Below, piece by piece: positions 43,472 through 53,339 of a DNA stretch of 64,000 nucleotides. The stretch is from positions 2,896 through 66,895 of the IMG/VR virus record IMGVR_UViG_3300021255_000094; one strand, given 5' to 3'. Every line of letters begins with the position of its first letter. The stretch's first letter is position 1. The DNA is from a virus. Its lineage: Duplodnaviria > Caudoviricetes. The notes below the pieces were generated by a model that did not search any database, had not been told where the DNA came from, and saw only the letters and a list, made by a program, of their open reading frames with translations. The position numbers and the translations under genes were made by a program.

Positions 43472-44773
43472 ATGATAAATATTAGGATGCAAGATTTGAT
43501 AATACCCGCCTATGACGAGGTATTTAAAGATATTATAGAGCATAAGCATACTCATTACTGCTTAAAGGGTGGAAGAGGTTCTACTAAGAGTTCTTTTGTA
43601 GGCGGTATTGCTATTCCGCTTTTAGTTATGCAGAATCCAGATGTTAATGCAGTGTGCTTTCGTAAAGTAGGCAATACTGTGCAGAATAGTATATATTCTC
43701 AGATTACTTGGGGAATATATCAGATGGGCTTAGAAAGTCTCTTTCATATTCCTAAGACTTATAGTAACCCTATTATATACAAACCTACGGGGCAAAAGAT
43801 TTTCTTTATGGGAATGGATGACCCTAATAAAGTAAAGAGTATTAAGGTAGAGCGTGGGTATATAGGCATTACTTGGTGGGAAGAGTTAGACCAGTTTGCT
43901 GGAGAATCTGAGTTGCGTAAAGTATTGCAGTCTACAATGAGAGGTGGAGAGTTATTTTGGGATTTTCGTACTTTTAACCCTCCTATTTCTATTGATAATT
44001 GGGCTAATGAATATGCAGAGGAAGCTTTTCTGAGAGAAGATACTCTTGTAGTGTCGAACACTTATTTAGATGTTCCGGAGAGCTGGCTTGGTAGACCGTT
44101 TATTGAAGAGGCTGAGTATTTAAAGAAACTTAACCCTAGAGCTTATCAACACGAATATATGGGAGAAGCTATTGGAACTGGTGGTGGCGTCTTTCCTAAT
44201 GCTTGCGATTTGGATATGCAACAGCAAGTACCAGTATATGATTATAATGGCAATATACTTGAATATACAGAAATGTGGAAGACTTTTGATAAGATACATA
44301 ATGGCATAGACTGGGGTTTTGCTATGGACCCATTCAGATTTGTGCGTATGCATTATGATGCTAAGAAGCTTGATTTATATATTTTCAAAGAGTTTTCAAC
44401 AGTAGCTACACGAAATCAGATTGTGTTTGATATTCTGTATAAAGAGAAAAAGCTAATAGGTATGGACGAGTTAGTAACAGCAGATTCAGCAGAGCCTAAA
44501 TCTATTGCAGACTTTAAAGCTTATGGAGCGTATATACGAGGCGCAGTAAAAGGACCTGATTCTGTGCGTTATGGAATTAAATGGCTACAAGGTCTTAATC
44601 ATATCTATATAGACAGAAGAATGTGTCCTAAGACTTATAAAGAATTTACTCATTATGAGTATTTACAAGATAAAGATGGAAACTTTATTAGTGATTATCC
44701 AGACGAGGACAATCACAGTATCGACAGCGTTAGGTATGCGATGGAGAAATTTTACAGTAGACGAGGTAATTAG
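43472..44773 (+). CDS. terL: Terminase large subunit (PBSX-like)
   Basis: GGRGSTKS Walker A, WWEELDQ Walker B, TFNPP, GIDWGF, NHSIDSVRY. Confidence 0.93.
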   Translation: MINIRMQDLIIPAYDEVFKDIIEHKHTHYCLKGGRGSTKSSFVGGIAIPLLVMQNPDVNAVCFRKVGNTVQNSIYSQITWGIYQMGLESLFHIPKTYSNPIIYKPTGQKIFFMGMDDPNKVKSIKVERGYIGITWWEELDQFAGESELRKVLQSTMRGGELFWDFRTFNPPISIDNWANEYAEEAFLREDTLVVSNTYLDVPESWLGRPFIEEAEYLKKLNPRAYQHEYMGEAIGTGGGVFPNACDLDMQQQVPVYDYNGNILEYTEMWKTFDKIHNGIDWGFAMDPFRFVRMHYDAKKLDLYIFKEFSTVATRNQIVFDILYKEKKLIGMDELVTADSAEPKSIADFKAYGAYIRGAVKGPDSVRYGIKWLQGLNHIYIDRRMCPKTYKEFTHYEYLQDKDGNFISDYPDEDNHSIDSVRYAMEKFYSRRGN

Positions 44774-44776
44774 TAT

Positions 44777-45064
44777 ATGGCAAATTCAGCTATGGGACTT
44801 AAAAGAAGAAGGAACTTGGCGTATAAGCAAGAAGATAATTCTTATACTTATAGTAATGGTGGCGGAAGCAGTAACAGACGAGGAGACCGCTATAATACTG
44901 GGGATAATACGCTTAAAAAGACTAAGGGTATTGATAAGGGAACTCTGCAAAGCACTACAAAAGAGAAGCGTGGAAGAAAGAAAGCCGATGCTCCTAGAGG
45001 TAAGAAAAAGCAGAAAACTAAGTATGAACGTACTAAGCGTACTACAAAGAAAGGAAGAGACTAA
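44777..45064 (+). CDS. Highly basic low-complexity protein
   Basis: Lys/Arg-rich; GAGGT RBS; stop overlaps next ATG. Confidence 0.6.
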   Translation: MANSAMGLKRRRNLAYKQEDNSYTYSNGGGSSNRRGDRYNTGDNTLKKTKGIDKGTLQSTTKEKRGRKKADAPRGKKKQKTKYERTKRTTKKGRD

Positions 45065-45693
45065 TGCCACAGTTATTAAATACATCTGTGCGTGAGTATG
45101 TAGGAGTTGGAGAATATGACATACCAGCAATTCAACCAGTATTTGAGTTACCTAACATAGATAACTGGCTTGAGTTTGAAAAGGCAAAGAAGTTAAGAAA
45201 CAAACCTCCTAAAACTGGCGTACATTTTTTTGAGTATGATTTTAAGTTTGAGTGTGTGTGGAATTTTCCGGATAGGTATGCTGATGTATTGTCGGCTTAT
45301 GATGCTATAATCACTCCAGATTTTTCATACTATATTGATTTCCCTAAGGCTCTCAGAGTTTTTAACAAGTATCGTATGCATTGGATTTCAGCATATTGGC
45401 AAGAACGTGGGCTTACAGTAATACCACTAATACGATATGGGTTAGAAGAAGATTGGGATTGGTGCTTCGATGGTTATCCTAAGCATAGCATTGTAGCTAT
45501 ATCAACAGTAGGTGGCGGTAAGTCAGATGAAATGATTGATATAGGTATGCGTGGTTATGAAGAAATGCTGAATAGATTAGAGCCTAAGGAAGTAATCATT
45601 TACACAAACAGCTTTGATTATTATCCTGGAAATGTACGATACATAAAGTACGATATAGATAAGCACATACAAGAGGAGGAAGATGATGATTAG
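45064..45693 (+). CDS. DUF4417-like protein
   Basis: GVHFFEYDFKFECVWN, ITPDFSYY, CFDGYPKHSIVAIST motifs. Confidence 0.75.
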   Translation: MPQLLNTSVREYVGVGEYDIPAIQPVFELPNIDNWLEFEKAKKLRNKPPKTGVHFFEYDFKFECVWNFPDRYADVLSAYDAIITPDFSYYIDFPKALRVFNKYRMHWISAYWQERGLTVIPLIRYGLEEDWDWCFDGYPKHSIVAISTVGGGKSDEMIDIGMRGYEEMLNRLEPKEVIIYTNSFDYYPGNVRYIKYDIDKHIQEEEDDD

Positions 45694-47500
45694 TTTTTCT
45701 CAAATTATTGAAAAGTTAAAGGAGGTTTTTGCTAAGATGGTAGGAACTAAATCTGTTGAAGATGTATTACACGTTGCACCACTTTTATCTAGTGAAATGC
45801 AAAATGCAATTCAAGAATGGGAAGATATTTATAAAGGTAAAGCTTGGTGGCTTAAAGAACCTACTTATGAGGACCCATCACGAGTTGCTTCTTTAGGACT
45901 TGCTCAGATGATTTCAAGTGAGAAAGCAAGGACAGCACTTCTTGAGTTTGAGTCAGAAATAACAACACCTATGAAAGAAGAGGATACACCTAGAGAGAAT
46001 ATTGTAGAACGCTTTAAACAAGAAAATACAGAGCAGACAGAGAATATATCAAGTGAGAGTGCAGAAAGCAAAGAAAACGCTTCTAGCAACGTCACAGAGC
46101 GTTTTAATCAATTCAGTAAATACAACACATCACAGTTTCACCCACAAGCTACCGTTAAAAAGCTTGTTCCAAAAGGACCAACTGAAAGAGCGGAGTATCT
46201 TAATAAGACATATAAAAATAAGTTATTAACTAAGCTAAGAACTCAGATAGAATATGGTATTGCTATGGGTGGTCTTATAATTAAGCCATATGTAATACAG
46301 TATAAAGAACCAGCAGATACAAGTGAATTAAAAGTTGATACAAACTTGGATAAAGCGGAGATAGAGTTTGATTTTGTATATGCAAACGGTTTTTATCCAT
46401 TAGCATTTAACGGAAGCGGTGATATAATTGAAGCCGCTTTTATCCAAAGACGTTATGATAAAGATATTACTTATAGTAGAGTTGAACATCATAAATATAT
46501 AGCCTCTGAGCATAGAGTAATAGTTACTAATCTAGCTTTTAAATCAACAGCTAGAGGGGGAGAGAATGATTTAGGTCAAGAGATTTCTTTAACAGCTATT
46601 CCAGAGTGGGCTGACATAGAGCCTACTACTACAATAGATGGAGTTGATAGACTTCTCTTTGCTTACTTCAAAATGCCGGAAGCTAATACTATTGATATTT
46701 ATAGCCCACTTGGAGTTAGTGGTTTTGATAAGGCTAAATCACTTATTAAGGATGCAGATATTCAATATAGTAGACTTCTTTGGGAATATGAGGGCGGTGA
46801 ACTTGCTATTGATATAGATAGGGACGCTCTTAGAGATTATTACACAACAGACAGTCAAGGTAATAGAGTGCTTAAATCATCTATGGGTAAATTACAACAA
46901 AGACTTTATAGACCAGTTGATTTAAGCGCAGAGGGAGATACATATAATCAGTATGCACCAGCTTTACGTGATGCAAGTTACATAAGTGGACTTAATACAA
47001 TACTTATGCATATAGAAGATGTAACTGGATTGTCACGTGGTACATTATCACAAGTAGATGTAGCAGAAGCAAGAACAGCCACAGAGCTTAGAATATTAAA
47101 GCAGAGAAGCTATCAGACAAATGCAGAGATACAGAAAGCTATCCAAAAATGTCTTGATGATACTATCTATGTTATGAATGTATTATGTAGCTTATATGAT
47201 ATAACTCCAGAGGGTGAGTATGAAGTATCATACGAGTGGGACGATAGTATTCTTGTTGATAAGAATGAAGAACTTGGTAGAAATATCACTCTTATGGATA
47301 AGGGCATTATGAGTAAGAAAGAACTTAGAATGTGGTATAAGGGTGAAACTGAGAAGCAGGCTAGAGAAGCTTTACTGGAAGTGCAAGAAGAGAATAGGCT
47401 TGCAGTTGAAGATAACATAATGACTCAGATGGATTTTAATCAGCAAGGTTTAGATAGCACTTTACAGCAGAGTCCTGATAACTTTAGAGGAAATGAATAA
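45683..47500 (+). CDS. Portal protein
   Basis: Follows terL; EYGIAMGG, PLGVSGF, EARTATE, EWDDSILVD patterns typical of Firmicutes siphovirus portals. Confidence 0.85.
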   Translation: MMISFSQIIEKLKEVFAKMVGTKSVEDVLHVAPLLSSEMQNAIQEWEDIYKGKAWWLKEPTYEDPSRVASLGLAQMISSEKARTALLEFESEITTPMKEEDTPRENIVERFKQENTEQTENISSESAESKENASSNVTERFNQFSKYNTSQFHPQATVKKLVPKGPTERAEYLNKTYKNKLLTKLRTQIEYGIAMGGLIIKPYVIQYKEPADTSELKVDTNLDKAEIEFDFVYANGFYPLAFNGSGDIIEAAFIQRRYDKDITYSRVEHHKYIASEHRVIVTNLAFKSTARGGENDLGQEISLTAIPEWADIEPTTTIDGVDRLLFAYFKMPEANTIDIYSPLGVSGFDKAKSLIKDADIQYSRLLWEYEGGELAIDIDRDALRDYYTTDSQGNRVLKSSMGKLQQRLYRPVDLSAEGDTYNQYAPALRDASYISGLNTILMHIEDVTGLSRGTLSQVDVAEARTATELRILKQRSYQTNAEIQKAIQKCLDDTIYVMNVLCSLYDITPEGEYEVSYEWDDSILVDKNEELGRNITLMDKGIMSKKELRMWYKGETEKQAREALLEVQEENRLAVEDNIMTQMDFNQQGLDSTLQQSPDNFRGNE

Positions 47501-48705
47501 TGTTAAATGATTCTCAGATTGAAAACTTAATAAAGCCATTCACAGATAGGCAACAATTATTAGAGAGTTTTGTGTTGAATACAATAGCTGAGAGAGTTGG
47601 AGAAATTGGTACACTATCTAAAACAGATGTGTACCGACTTCAACAGCTTTATAAAACTGGAAGTAATGCTAGACTGATAACACAAGAAATAGCTAGAGTA
47701 TTGAATATTCAAGAAAAGTCAGCAAAGCAGATGATTAAAGAGGTGGCTATAACTACTTATAAGGATGCCAAACCTTTTTATGATTATAGACATAAAACAC
47801 AGATTCCATTTGAGAAGAATACAAAATTACAAAGAAGTGTAAATGCAATAGGCAAACAGACAGCAGATACATTTAAAAACTTATCTAACTCTAAAGCAAT
47901 AGGGTTTTATATCAGAAACCCAAAGGCTACACAAACACTAAAATTTCAAACAGTTACAGAGACTTATCAAAGCATTATAGACGAGGCAGTACAAGCAGTA
48001 CAAACTGGAGTATTAGACTTTGATACAGCTATGAGAAGAACATTAAAACAGCTTAACGATAGTGGATTAAGACGTGCTTATTGGGAAAGCGGTTATTCAC
48101 GTAGATTAGATAGCACAGTTCGTATGAATATCTTAGGTGGGATAAGACAGATAAATCAGCAAGTGCAGTTACAGATTGCAGATGAAATAAAAGCAGATGG
48201 AATAGAATTATCAGCGCACAGCTTTTCAGCTCCAGACCACGAGCCTATTCAAGGACATATCTTCACTATGAAAGAGTTTGATAAAATGCAAAATGAAATG
48301 AGTTTTGAAGATGTGCTACATAATAAGTTTCCTGCTATGCGCAGACCAATAGGTGAATGGAACTGTAAGCATTTTACAACAGCTATCATTATAGCTAAAC
48401 ATAAACCAGTTTGGACTATATCAGATTTAGAAGAATTAAAGCAAGAAAATAAAGCTGGCTATACATTAGAGAATGGTAAGCATTTAACTATGTATGAATG
48501 TACTCAAGTACAGCGTAACTATGAAACTGGAATACGCTATGCTAAAGAGGGTTATATGATGGCTAAATCAGCTAAGAATGAAGAGTTGATGGAATACTAT
48601 AAAACACGTATCAATAAACTAAACAGAGAGTATAATCAGTTTAGTAAGGATTGTGGTTTGAATAAACAGAAAAATAGAGCCTCTGTTAGTGGATTTTCTT
48701 ACTAA
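47500..48705 (+). CDS. Minor capsid protein (head morphogenesis)
   Basis: SAHSFSAPDHEPIQG, IGEWNCKH motifs. Confidence 0.8.
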   Translation: MLNDSQIENLIKPFTDRQQLLESFVLNTIAERVGEIGTLSKTDVYRLQQLYKTGSNARLITQEIARVLNIQEKSAKQMIKEVAITTYKDAKPFYDYRHKTQIPFEKNTKLQRSVNAIGKQTADTFKNLSNSKAIGFYIRNPKATQTLKFQTVTETYQSIIDEAVQAVQTGVLDFDTAMRRTLKQLNDSGLRRAYWESGYSRRLDSTVRMNILGGIRQINQQVQLQIADEIKADGIELSAHSFSAPDHEPIQGHIFTMKEFDKMQNEMSFEDVLHNKFPAMRRPIGEWNCKHFTTAIIIAKHKPVWTISDLEELKQENKAGYTLENGKHLTMYECTQVQRNYETGIRYAKEGYMMAKSAKNEELMEYYKTRINKLNREYNQFSKDCGLNKQKNRASVSGFSY

Positions 48706-48721
48706 AATGGATAAAAAATAG

Positions 48722-48750
48722 TTTACATAATTATTATTATGTTATATAAT
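48722..48750 (+). promoter_or_regulatory. Promoter of scaffold/capsid operon
   Basis: TTTACA(48722)-17 nt-TATAAT(48745). Confidence 0.7.
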
Positions 48751-48941
48751 GTATATGTAAAAGGAGTTGTTTTTTAACATTTTCTTTTTATTCTCCAACG
48801 ACTGCTTGGTTGGGAAGTTCCCGATTGAGCAGTTAGAGAGTTATTTGTCGAGCATAAAGACGTTAAAACAAATGCCATTCAGTCCACACTGTAATGGACG
48901 TTTAAATAAAACAGATATAAAGAATGAAGGAGGATTGTACT

Positions 48942-49610
48942 ATGACAATCAAAGAACTATTTGACAAAGGCGAAAATGGAACTCTTGATTATGCAACTTT
49001 CGAGAAGCTAATGAAAGAGAACAACGCCAAATTTGTAGACTTATCTGAGGGTGCTTATGTTAGTAAGGATAAGTTTGAAAATGAAGTAGCTAGTAAAGAC
49101 GGACAAATCACACAGCTTAATGATACTATCAAAGCTAGAGATAAGGATTTGAAAGACTTGAAAACACAGCTTAAAGAAGCGGGTACTGATTCTGAAAAAC
49201 TTACAGAGCTGGAAACACAACTGAGTAGTCTACAAACACAATATAAGCAGGATACAGATAATTATAAAACACAGTTATCTAAGCAAGCTTATGAATTTGC
49301 AGTTAAGGATTTTGCTAATAGCAAGAAGTTTTCAAGTAATGCGGCAAAGCGTGATTTTATTAGTTCAATGATTGCCAAAGAGTTGAAGATGGAAGGCGAT
49401 AAGATTTTAGGTGCAGATGATTTTGTAAATGCTTATTCAACAGATAATGCAGATGCCTTTGTAGTTGAAAAGCCACAAGAGGAAGCAGAGTCAGCAAAGC
49501 CAAAGCCAACTTTCGGACAACCTACAACTCCGCAGATAGATGCACAAAAAGAGACAGGTAACAATTTTGGATTTAACTTCGTAGGAGTTAGACCAAGACC
49601 AAAAGAATAA
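48942..49610 (+). CDS. Capsid scaffolding protein
   Basis: Coiled coil with YVSKDKF and LKMEGDKILG motifs; upstream of MCP; AAGGAGG RBS. Confidence 0.8.
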   Translation: MTIKELFDKGENGTLDYATFEKLMKENNAKFVDLSEGAYVSKDKFENEVASKDGQITQLNDTIKARDKDLKDLKTQLKEAGTDSEKLTELETQLSSLQTQYKQDTDNYKTQLSKQAYEFAVKDFANSKKFSSNAAKRDFISSMIAKELKMEGDKILGADDFVNAYSTDNADAFVVEKPQEEAESAKPKPTFGQPTTPQIDAQKETGNNFGFNFVGVRPRPKE

Positions 49611-49631
49611 AATTAAAAGGAGATTAAAATT

Positions 49632-50627
49632 ATGCCAAATTATGTAGCACCAGCTAATAACGGAAGTACAGGTACATTTGATGGTTCAAACGCTATTGGA
49701 GACCTTAACTATGCAGACCAGTACCAAAGAACATTGGAGCAGAACTTCCCATATGTACTTAACTACGGAGCACTTTATGCTTCACCTAATAATGGAAAGT
49801 ATAGATGGCTAGATAGTAAGACTATTGAGATTCCATCTATCAGTACAACAGGACGTGTAGATGCAGATAGAGATACTATCGCATTTGCACAGAGAAATTA
49901 TCAGAACGCTTGGGTTCCAAAGACACTTACTAATGAGCGTAAGTGGAGTACACTCGTTCATCCTAGAGATATTGATGAAACTAATATGGTAGCAACTATT
50001 GGTAACATCACTCAGGTATTCAACGAGGAGCATAAGTTCCCAGAGATGGACGCTTATCTGATTTCTACAACTTATGACCTTTGGACAAAGGCTAAGAATC
50101 CAGATACTGGTGAGCTTCACGTAGCAGATACTACGGCACTTACAACAGCAAACATTCTTTCAGTATTTGACAGTCTTATGCTCAAGATGGATAATGGTAG
50201 AGTACCAGGAAACGGACGTATTCTGTATGTGCCATTTGAGGTTCTGAACATACTCAAAGAGGCTGACAAGATTTCTCGTTCTATGGATATTACATCAGGT
50301 CCTAACGCTATTGACAGAAGAGTTAATAGACTTGACCAAGTTGAAGTAATTGGTGTTCCTTCAACACTTATGAAAACTCTGTATGACTTCACAGAGGATT
50401 ATGAGATTGATGATAAGGCACAGCAAATCAATATGTTCCTTGTTCATCCATCAGCAATAATCACTCCAGTATCATATACATTTAGTAGACTTGATGCACC
50501 ATCAGCTATGTCAGAAGGAAAGTACGTTTACTACGAAGAGTCATTTGAGGATGTATTTATTCTTGATAACAAGTCAAATGCTATTCAGTTTAATGTATCA
50601 TCTAACGGTGGTGGAACACAGTCATAA
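49632..50627 (+). CDS. Major capsid protein
   Basis: IEIPSISTTG, ERKWSTLVHPRDIDET, PEMDAY, YYEESFEDVFI. Confidence 0.88.
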   Translation: MPNYVAPANNGSTGTFDGSNAIGDLNYADQYQRTLEQNFPYVLNYGALYASPNNGKYRWLDSKTIEIPSISTTGRVDADRDTIAFAQRNYQNAWVPKTLTNERKWSTLVHPRDIDETNMVATIGNITQVFNEEHKFPEMDAYLISTTYDLWTKAKNPDTGELHVADTTALTTANILSVFDSLMLKMDNGRVPGNGRILYVPFEVLNILKEADKISRSMDITSGPNAIDRRVNRLDQVEVIGVPSTLMKTLYDFTEDYEIDDKAQQINMFLVHPSAIITPVSYTFSRLDAPSAMSEGKYVYYEESFEDVFILDNKSNAIQFNVSSNGGGTQS

Positions 50628-50637
50628 GGAGTAAATT

Positions 50638-50859
50638 ATGGAACGAATCAAAGTCAGAAGAGGCGGTAAGATTGTTCGTGTAATTGAAAATGAACTTGCA
50701 AAGTATCTTTCAAAAGGATACGTTATAGTTGAAGATAAAAAGGCAGATGAGGTGCAGAATACTGTGCCTCAGAAGCCTATTGATAAACCAGCTATAAAAG
50801 AAGATACTACTAATAAAGAGCCAAAGAAGTACACGAGAAATCGTAAGAATAAGCAGTAA
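50638..50859 (+). CDS. Small head-associated protein
   Basis: Directly after MCP; AAGGAG RBS. Confidence 0.65.
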   Translation: MERIKVRRGGKIVRVIENELAKYLSKGYVIVEDKKADEVQNTVPQKPIDKPAIKEDTTNKEPKKYTRNRKNKQ

Positions 50860-50878
50860 TTGAAAGGTGGTGGAATCA

Positions 50879-51328
50879 ATGTACCTTACTTATGAAGATT
50901 ATGTAAATATGGGTGGGACGTTAGATGAAACCGCCTTTAACAATTTTGAATACGAGGCAGAAACTATTGTAAATTGGTATACATTTAATAGACTTAAAGA
51001 AGAGACAGAGTATCCGGAAGAGTTAGCACGTTGTATGTATAGACTAATATATCTTGCAAAGCTAGAAGCCGATGCTTTATCTTTAGGTAAAGACCTTGAA
51101 GGAAGTGGAGAATCATCATCTGATGGAATTTCAACTTATGTCAAGTCTCAGTCAAATGATGGTGTATCAATTAGCTATAATTCAGTAGATGCCTCAGAGT
51201 TGTTCAGAAAGTTATCATCTAGTGGGGCTGATAGCCCATTAGCTCAGACAGTATTTAGATATTTACAAGGTGTAAGAAATAGTTTAGGTAAGAGATTAAC
51301 ATATAGAGGACTATATCCAGATGAGTGA
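50879..51328 (+). CDS. Head-tail connector
   Basis: YLTYEDY..MGG...F, SQSNDGVSISY; position after MCP. Confidence 0.8.
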   Translation: MYLTYEDYVNMGGTLDETAFNNFEYEAETIVNWYTFNRLKEETEYPEELARCMYRLIYLAKLEADALSLGKDLEGSGESSSDGISTYVKSQSNDGVSISYNSVDASELFRKLSSSGADSPLAQTVFRYLQGVRNSLGKRLTYRGLYPDE

Positions 51329-51770
51329 TTTATATCCAGTATGGTGGGATACCACTATAACAGTTTTTAATAAATATGTTGACCCACAAACAAAAGTAGT
51401 CAGATGGTATAGGACTGTGGTTGCTGGTGCTTTTTGGAAGTATGTTGGCGATAAAATAACAATAGGGCAGACTGTATTAGAGACTAATAATATAATTTGC
51501 CGTATTAGAAAAGACAGCAGATTCCTAGAGAAGTATGAGTGGTTACAAACACCTAATGATGAAATGTCTAACTATTTTACACTAGGTAACGGAGATATAA
51601 TTGTTAAGGGCATAGTTGAAGATGATATAAATGAGTATCAAAGTGGAAGTCGGTCAACTGATTTAATAGCAAAATATAAGAAGTTGCAAGGCTGTATGAG
51701 TATAGAAGAAGTCGCAATAAACACGGGAATAGGTAGATGTGATGAGCATTATTTAGCGAAAGGTATTTAG
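51321..51770 (+). CDS. Head closure / head-tail joining protein
   Basis: Synteny; WWDTTITVFNK start. Confidence 0.7.
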   Translation: MSDLYPVWWDTTITVFNKYVDPQTKVVRWYRTVVAGAFWKYVGDKITIGQTVLETNNIICRIRKDSRFLEKYEWLQTPNDEMSNYFTLGNGDIIVKGIVEDDINEYQSGSRSTDLIAKYKKLQGCMSIEEVAINTGIGRCDEHYLAKGI

Positions 51771-51772
51771 AT

Positions 51773-52264
51773 ATGGCGTGGGTACATCTTACAAGTCCAT
51801 ACTTAGAGCATTATATGACTGATTTACAGTTAGACATTTTAGGTACTTTAAAGGACCCATCAGTGCGTGAAAATGTAAATCAGATAATTGCTGATATGTG
51901 TGAAGATTATGTACCAATGGACTCAGGTGAATTTTCAAGTCGCAATACTAGCGATTACCCAGGAAGACTTAGAGACTCAGTAAGAGTTACCGCTAATGAG
52001 ATTACTTGGAGAACTCCGTATGCTAATTATGTATGGGTGGGTCAATTATATAGACCGAATATACCTATACACGAAAAGGGAAATCCTCATACAATTATAG
52101 GTTTTTACTCACCTAAAGGTCAAAGTAAATATGCAACGGGTATACCTTTACGTTATTCAACTGCGGGAACGGGTAAGCGTTGGTTTAATCTAATGCTAGC
52201 GCAGAAACGCCGTAGTATGAGTGCTAAAATTACACACTATCTAAAACGTGAATTAAAGCGATAG
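51773..52264 (+). CDS. Minor capsid / neck protein
   Basis: YVPMDSG..GRLRDS, TPYANY motifs. Confidence 0.75.
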   Translation: MAWVHLTSPYLEHYMTDLQLDILGTLKDPSVRENVNQIIADMCEDYVPMDSGEFSSRNTSDYPGRLRDSVRVTANEITWRTPYANYVWVGQLYRPNIPIHEKGNPHTIIGFYSPKGQSKYATGIPLRYSTAGTGKRWFNLMLAQKRRSMSAKITHYLKRELKR

Positions 52265-52278
52265 AGGAGCAGTTAGAT

Positions 52279-52761
52279 ATGAGTATAGATAAGAATAAAG
52301 CAGTAGTAGATTATTTACTACAATGCACAGATATATATGATTCTCCATTATATTTCAATCTTGTAAATGCTCAAGACAACTCTATACATATACTTACAAC
52401 AGCAGAAGATAAAGCATTATCTCAGCCTTATGTTGATGGAAGTATTAGTAAGAGATATACATTTAATCTTATTATATTTAAGTCAATATCAGATATGGAA
52501 TTAGTTAAAGCCGATGGCTATCCTAATGAAAATATTGAAGAATTAAATGCTGTTCAGAAGTTGATTGATTGGATACAAGAGCAACAAGATTTACACAATT
52601 ATCCAGATTTTGGCGAGGATTGTTTTATAGATAATATTGATACAGAAACAGACGAGCCAAGATTTAATGGTATAGATACGGAGGTATCACCTCCATTAGC
52701 TATGTATAGCATAGCAATAATTATAGAGTATTTAGATACACATAAACAAATATATAAATAA
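52279..52761 (+). CDS. Tail terminator-like protein
   Basis: Synteny before major tail protein. Confidence 0.7.
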   Translation: MSIDKNKAVVDYLLQCTDIYDSPLYFNLVNAQDNSIHILTTAEDKALSQPYVDGSISKRYTFNLIIFKSISDMELVKADGYPNENIEELNAVQKLIDWIQEQQDLHNYPDFGEDCFIDNIDTETDEPRFNGIDTEVSPPLAMYSIAIIIEYLDTHKQIYK

Positions 52762-52778
52762 GTAAAGGAGATAAAATT

Positions 52779-53315
52779 ATGGCAGTTACGCAGTTTAATT
52801 TACCTGACAGACAGAGAGCAGAGCGTAAGCTTCTCATCACTGTTGCTGAGTGGACAGAGGGAACTTCTCCAGTCAGAGAGATTCTTGGTACACGTACTGA
52901 GGATTCATCTATCGAGTACAACGCTGATATAGAGACAACCACAGATATTCGTGGTATCAACTATACAGATGTAAACAGAACACAGCCACAGCAGACATTT
53001 GACCCATATCTTATTCTTGGTGGTTCAAAGCTAGGAGCAAAGCTCAATGATATTAGACGTAGAAACGCAGTATCAGAACTTAACCAGTTTACAGTATATG
53101 TAATCACAGCATTTGCTGGAACAGCAGGGGCTTATGAAGCAGAGTGCCATCAGAATTGCACAATCACATATACAGCAATCGGTGGAGACAGTAATGTTAA
53201 TATGCCTATTGACGTTTATCTGTCAAATGACTATAACGGCACTGGAGCTCCAGGAAATGGTACTGTTGATAAGCTGAGTGATGATTTTGTATATACACCA
53301 GCAACACAGGGCTAA
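52779..53315 (+). CDS. Major tail protein
   Basis: Synteny; LGTRTEDSSIEYN motif. Confidence 0.75.
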   Translation: MAVTQFNLPDRQRAERKLLITVAEWTEGTSPVREILGTRTEDSSIEYNADIETTTDIRGINYTDVNRTQPQQTFDPYLILGGSKLGAKLNDIRRRNAVSELNQFTVYVITAFAGTAGAYEAECHQNCTITYTAIGGDSNVNMPIDVYLSNDYNGTGAPGNGTVDKLSDDFVYTPATQG

Positions 53316-53339
53316 ATAATTTTATTGGAGGATAAAAAG

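Noticed and set aside
44655-45095. 146-aa alternative-frame ORF
   Set aside because: Overlaps terL and the RBS-supported 44777 gene, with no RBS or motif.
44052-48852. Spo0A boxes accompanying the parS sites
   Set aside because: TGTCGAA-like hits that I noticed are in coding sequence or mismatched, and are not clustered at promoters.
48767-48964. 65-aa ORF before the scaffold gene
   Set aside because: TTG start without an RBS, and the region is better explained as a structured leader.
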